From positions 1-11,823 of the forward strand of contig JAZDIV010000075.1 in NCBI GenBank assembly GCA_043804695.1: a DNA stretch of 11,823 nt. The letters are read 5' to 3'. Origin of the DNA: PVC group bacterium. GTDB taxonomy: Bacteria; Auribacterota; Erginobacteria; Erginobacterales; Erginobacteraceae. This document shows, in pieces, positions 9,266 to 11,823 of the stretch (its first letter is position 1; each line of letters begins with the position of its first letter). Under the pieces are notes generated by a model. The model was not told the DNA's origin, made no database searches, and was given only the letters and a program-made list of their open reading frames with translations. A program made the translations under genes and the position numbers.

Positions 9266-11823
9266 ATGAGAAGATTGATGGTTGTTGTCGGCGGGGCATT
9301 AATCATCGGGTTGCCGACTCTGCTTCCGGCCCAGGTTCAGCTTGATTATTCCACCTACCTCGGGGGGAGTGGTGATGATAAGGGTCTTGGAATTACCCTG
9401 GGGCCGGGCGGCGAGGCGTATGTCACCGGGTATACCAACTCCTTAAATTTCCCAACTGAAAATCCATACCAGGGGGGATTTCAAGGAGGATTTTGTGACG
9501 TCTTCGTGAGCAAGCTCGGCTCGACCGGCTCCACTCTCTTCTTCTCCACCTACCTCGGGGGGAGTAGTTCTGATGTGGGGTTTGGCATCACACTGGGGAC
9601 GGGCGGCGAGGCGTATGTCACCGGGTATACCACCTCCTTAAATTTTCCCACTGAAAATCCCTACCAGGTGGGATTTCAAGGTGGAATTTATTACGCTTTC
9701 GTGAGCAAACTCGGCTCGACCGGCTCCACTCTCTCCTTCTCCCCCTACCTCGGGGGGGTTAGTGATGATTGCGGGAAGGGAATTACCCTGGGGACGGGCG
9801 GCGAGGCGTATGTCGCCGGGTATACTTACTCCACGAATTTTCCCACTGAAAATCCCTACCAGGGGGGATTTCAAGGAGGATTTCTTGACGTCTTCGTGAG
9901 CAAGCTCGGCTCGACCGGCTCCACTCTCTCCTTCTCCACCTACCTCGGGGGAGGAGGTCAAGATTGGGGTCTTGGAATTACCCTGGGGACGGGAGGCGAG
10001 GCGTATGTCACCGGGTATACCACCTCCTTAAATTTCCCAACTGAAAATCCCTACCAGGGGGGATTTCAAGGAGGTTCTGACTCCTTCGTGAGCAAGCTCG
10101 GCTCGACCGGCTCCACTCTCTCCTTCTCCACCTACCTCGGGGGGGGTGGTAATGATAACGGGTATGGCATCACCCTGGTTACGGGCGGCGAGGCGTATGT
10201 CACCGGGGGTACCTTCTCCACGAATTTTCCCACTGAAAATCCATACCAGGGGGGATTTCAAGGAGGAGAGGCTGACGTCTTCGTGAGCAAACTCGGCTCG
10301 ACCGGCTCCACTCTCTCCTTCTCCACCTACCTCGGGGGGGTTAGTGATGATTGCGGGAAGGGAATTACCCTGGGGACGGGCGGCGAGGCGTATGTCACCG
10401 GGTATACCGCCTCCTTAAATTTTCCCACTGAAAATCCATACCAAGGGGGATTTCAAGGAGGAACTTCTGACGCCTTCGTGAGCAAGCTCGACTCGACCGG
10501 CTCCACTCTCTCCTTCTCCACCTACCTCGGGGGAGGGGGTTATGATTGGGGACGTGGCATTACCCTGGGGACGGGCGGCGAGGCGTATGTCACCGGGGAT
10601 ACCGACTCCACGAATTTTCCCACGAAAAATCCCTACCAGGGGGGATTTCAAGGAGGAACTTATGACGCCTTCGTGAGCAAGTTGAGGCAGATTACGCCGA
10701 CGCCGACGCCGACACCGGTGGGAGAGGTCTTCGAGGCGCCGATTGTGGTCACGCTGAACTACCACAGCAGCGGGGACACCACGGGTTTCGCCAACAACTA
10801 CAACCATTACAGCTGCTTCTTTTTCGAAGAGACCGGCCGAGACGTGGTCTATTCATTTAACGTGAGCGCCCCGGGGACGCTGTCGATTTTGCTCAGTAAC
10901 CTTTCCGGTGATCTCGACCTGATCCTCTGCGACGCGCCCGATTGGAAGGATTGCGTGGACAGCAGCACGCGCTCGGGAACGAGAAACGAGGAGATCACGT
11001 TCGCCGCCGGGACGGGGACGTTCTACACGGTGGTGGACGGCTTCGGCGGCGCCTTCGGCCCCTATGACCTTGACATCGCGATCACCACGCCGACGCCCAC
11101 ACCGACGCCGACGCCAAGCGCGACCCCGACGCCGAGCGCGTCCCCGGCGGCGACGCCCCGGGAGACGCCAACCCCGGAAAAGACCCCGACGCCTCTCACC
11201 ACCCGCACCCCCTCCCCCACCCCGACCTGCGGGCCGACCGTGGCCCAGCTTCGCTTCGTCCTCCAGTCGGGGGATTATGACGGCGACGGGACCGCCGACA
11301 TCGGCATCTTCCGCCAGAGCGGCGGGCTCTGGGCGATCCGCGGCGTCACCCGGGCCTACTTCGGCGGCGCCGGCGACGTGCCCGTCTCCGGCGACTACGA
11401 CGGCGACGGCACCGCCGACATCTCCATCTTCCGGCCGACCCGGGGCCTCTGGGCCATCCGGGGGGTCTCCCGGATCTACTACGGCCTCCCCGGGGATTAC
11501 CCGGCTCCCGCCGATTACGACGGCAACCGCACCGCCGATGTCTGCGTCTTCCGGGACGCCGTCGGGCTCTGGGCGGTCCGGGGCGTCACCCGGGCCTACT
11601 TCGGGGCGACCGGCGACCGGCCGGTCCCCGGCGACTACGCGGGCGGGGGAACCGACGCCATCGGCATCTTCCGCCCCTCCTCCGGGACCTGGGCGGTCCG
11701 CGGCGTCACCCGGGTCTACTTCGGCGGTTTCGACGACTGGCCGGTCCCCGGCGACTATAACGGCAACGGGAACTTCGAGGTGGCGATCTTCCGCCCCTGG
11801 TCGTCCGGCCTCTGGGCGGTCCG
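9266..11823 (+). CDS. Large secreted/surface protein (3' truncated): signal peptide, 7x SBBP beta-propeller, PT linker, PPC-like domain, PT linker, FG-GAP/VCBS-like repeats
   Basis: Manual translation: AGGAGGAGGAG then ATG 9266, MRRLMVVVGGALIIGLPTLLPAQVQLDYSTYLGG..., open for more than 850 codons to the window end. Probably absent from the ORF track because there is no stop codon in the window. Confidence 0.93.
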   Translation, partial: MRRLMVVVGGALIIGLPTLLPAQVQLDYSTYLGGSGDDKGLGITLGPGGEAYVTGYTNSLNFPTENPYQGGFQGGFCDVFVSKLGSTGSTLFFSTYLGGSSSDVGFGITLGTGGEAYVTGYTTSLNFPTENPYQVGFQGGIYYAFVSKLGSTGSTLSFSPYLGGVSDDCGKGITLGTGGEAYVAGYTYSTNFPTENPYQGGFQGGFLDVFVSKLGSTGSTLSFSTYLGGGGQDWGLGITLGTGGEAYVTGYTTSLNFPTENPYQGGFQGGSDSFVSKLGSTGSTLSFSTYLGGGGNDNGYGITLVTGGEAYVTGGTFSTNFPTENPYQGGFQGGEADVFVSKLGSTGSTLSFSTYLGGVSDDCGKGITLGTGGEAYVTGYTASLNFPTENPYQGGFQGGTSDAFVSKLDSTGSTLSFSTYLGGGGYDWGRGITLGTGGEAYVTGDTDSTNFPTKNPYQGGFQGGTYDAFVSKLRQITPTPTPTPVGEVFEAPIVVTLNYHSSGDTTGFANNYNHYSCFFFEETGRDVVYSFNVSAPGTLSILLSNLSGDLDLILCDAPDWKDCVDSSTRSGTRNEEITFAAGTGTFYTVVDGFGGAFGPYDLDIAITTPTPTPTPTPSATPTPSASPAATPRETPTPEKTPTPLTTRTPSPTPTCGPTVAQLRFVLQSGDYDGDGTADIGIFRQSGGLWAIRGVTRAYFGGAGDVPVSGDYDGDGTADISIFRPTRGLWAIRGVSRIYYGLPGDYPAPADYDGNRTADVCVFRDAVGLWAVRGVTRAYFGATGDRPVPGDYAGGGTDAIGIFRPSSGTWAVRGVTRVYFGGFDDWPVPGDYNGNGNFEVAIFRPWSSGLWAV
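9350..10684 (+). repeat. Seven tandem 195-bp (65-aa) SBBP repeats
   Basis: Units start at 9350, 9545, 9740, 9935, 10127, 10322, 10517 (unit 4 is 192 bp; unit 7 ends at VSKL). Consensus STYLGGxxxDxGxGITLGTGGEAYVTGxTxSxNFPTENPYQGGFQGGxxDxFVSKLGSTGSTLSF. Confidence 0.97.
11084..11227 (+). repeat. Pro/Thr-rich linker (a shorter one lies at 10694-10717)
   Basis: TTPTPTPTPTPSATPTPSASPAATPRETPTPEKTPTP..., encoded by acgccg-type hexamers. Confidence 0.9.
11270..11823 (+). repeat. 120-bp (40-aa) FG-GAP/VCBS-like repeats, at least 5 units
   Basis: GDYDGDGTADIxIFRxxxGLWAIRGVTRxYFGxxGDxPV units start at 11270, 11390, 11510, 11630, 11750; DxDGDG Ca-binding-type motif. Confidence 0.9.

Noticed and set aside
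9350..10684. CRISPR array interpretation of the tandem repeats
   Set aside because: Units are in-frame 195-bp coding repeats without unique spacers; no cas genes.
9638..10807. Three repeated minus-strand ORFs
   Set aside because: Antisense to the SBBP gene; their stops correspond to the tta Leu codon of the repeats.

Overview
GC-rich bacterial (diderm) window with all real genes on the + strand. In order: a Zn-dependent MDR dehydrogenase, ornithine carbamoyltransferase (argF/arcB), an OprD-family porin, a sugar module (LamB/ScrY-type porin, GalP-like MFS symporter, galactokinase), and a large secreted protein starting at 9266 that runs off the window and is missing from the ORF track. That protein has a signal peptide, seven near-identical 195-bp SBBP beta-propeller repeats, Pro/Thr linkers, a PPC-like domain and 40-aa FG-GAP/VCBS-like repeats. 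The most striking signal is in the propeller: the scaffold is homogenised, while variation is concentrated in three short codon patches that are shuffled between blades and mostly keep a fixed third-position pyrimidine. This suggests a diversified surface-binding module. Most intergenic regions carry short-period (7/8/9-nt) degenerate repeats or REP-like palindromes. The architecture is reminiscent of PVC-related candidate phyla such as Ca. Auribacterota (recollection, not verified).
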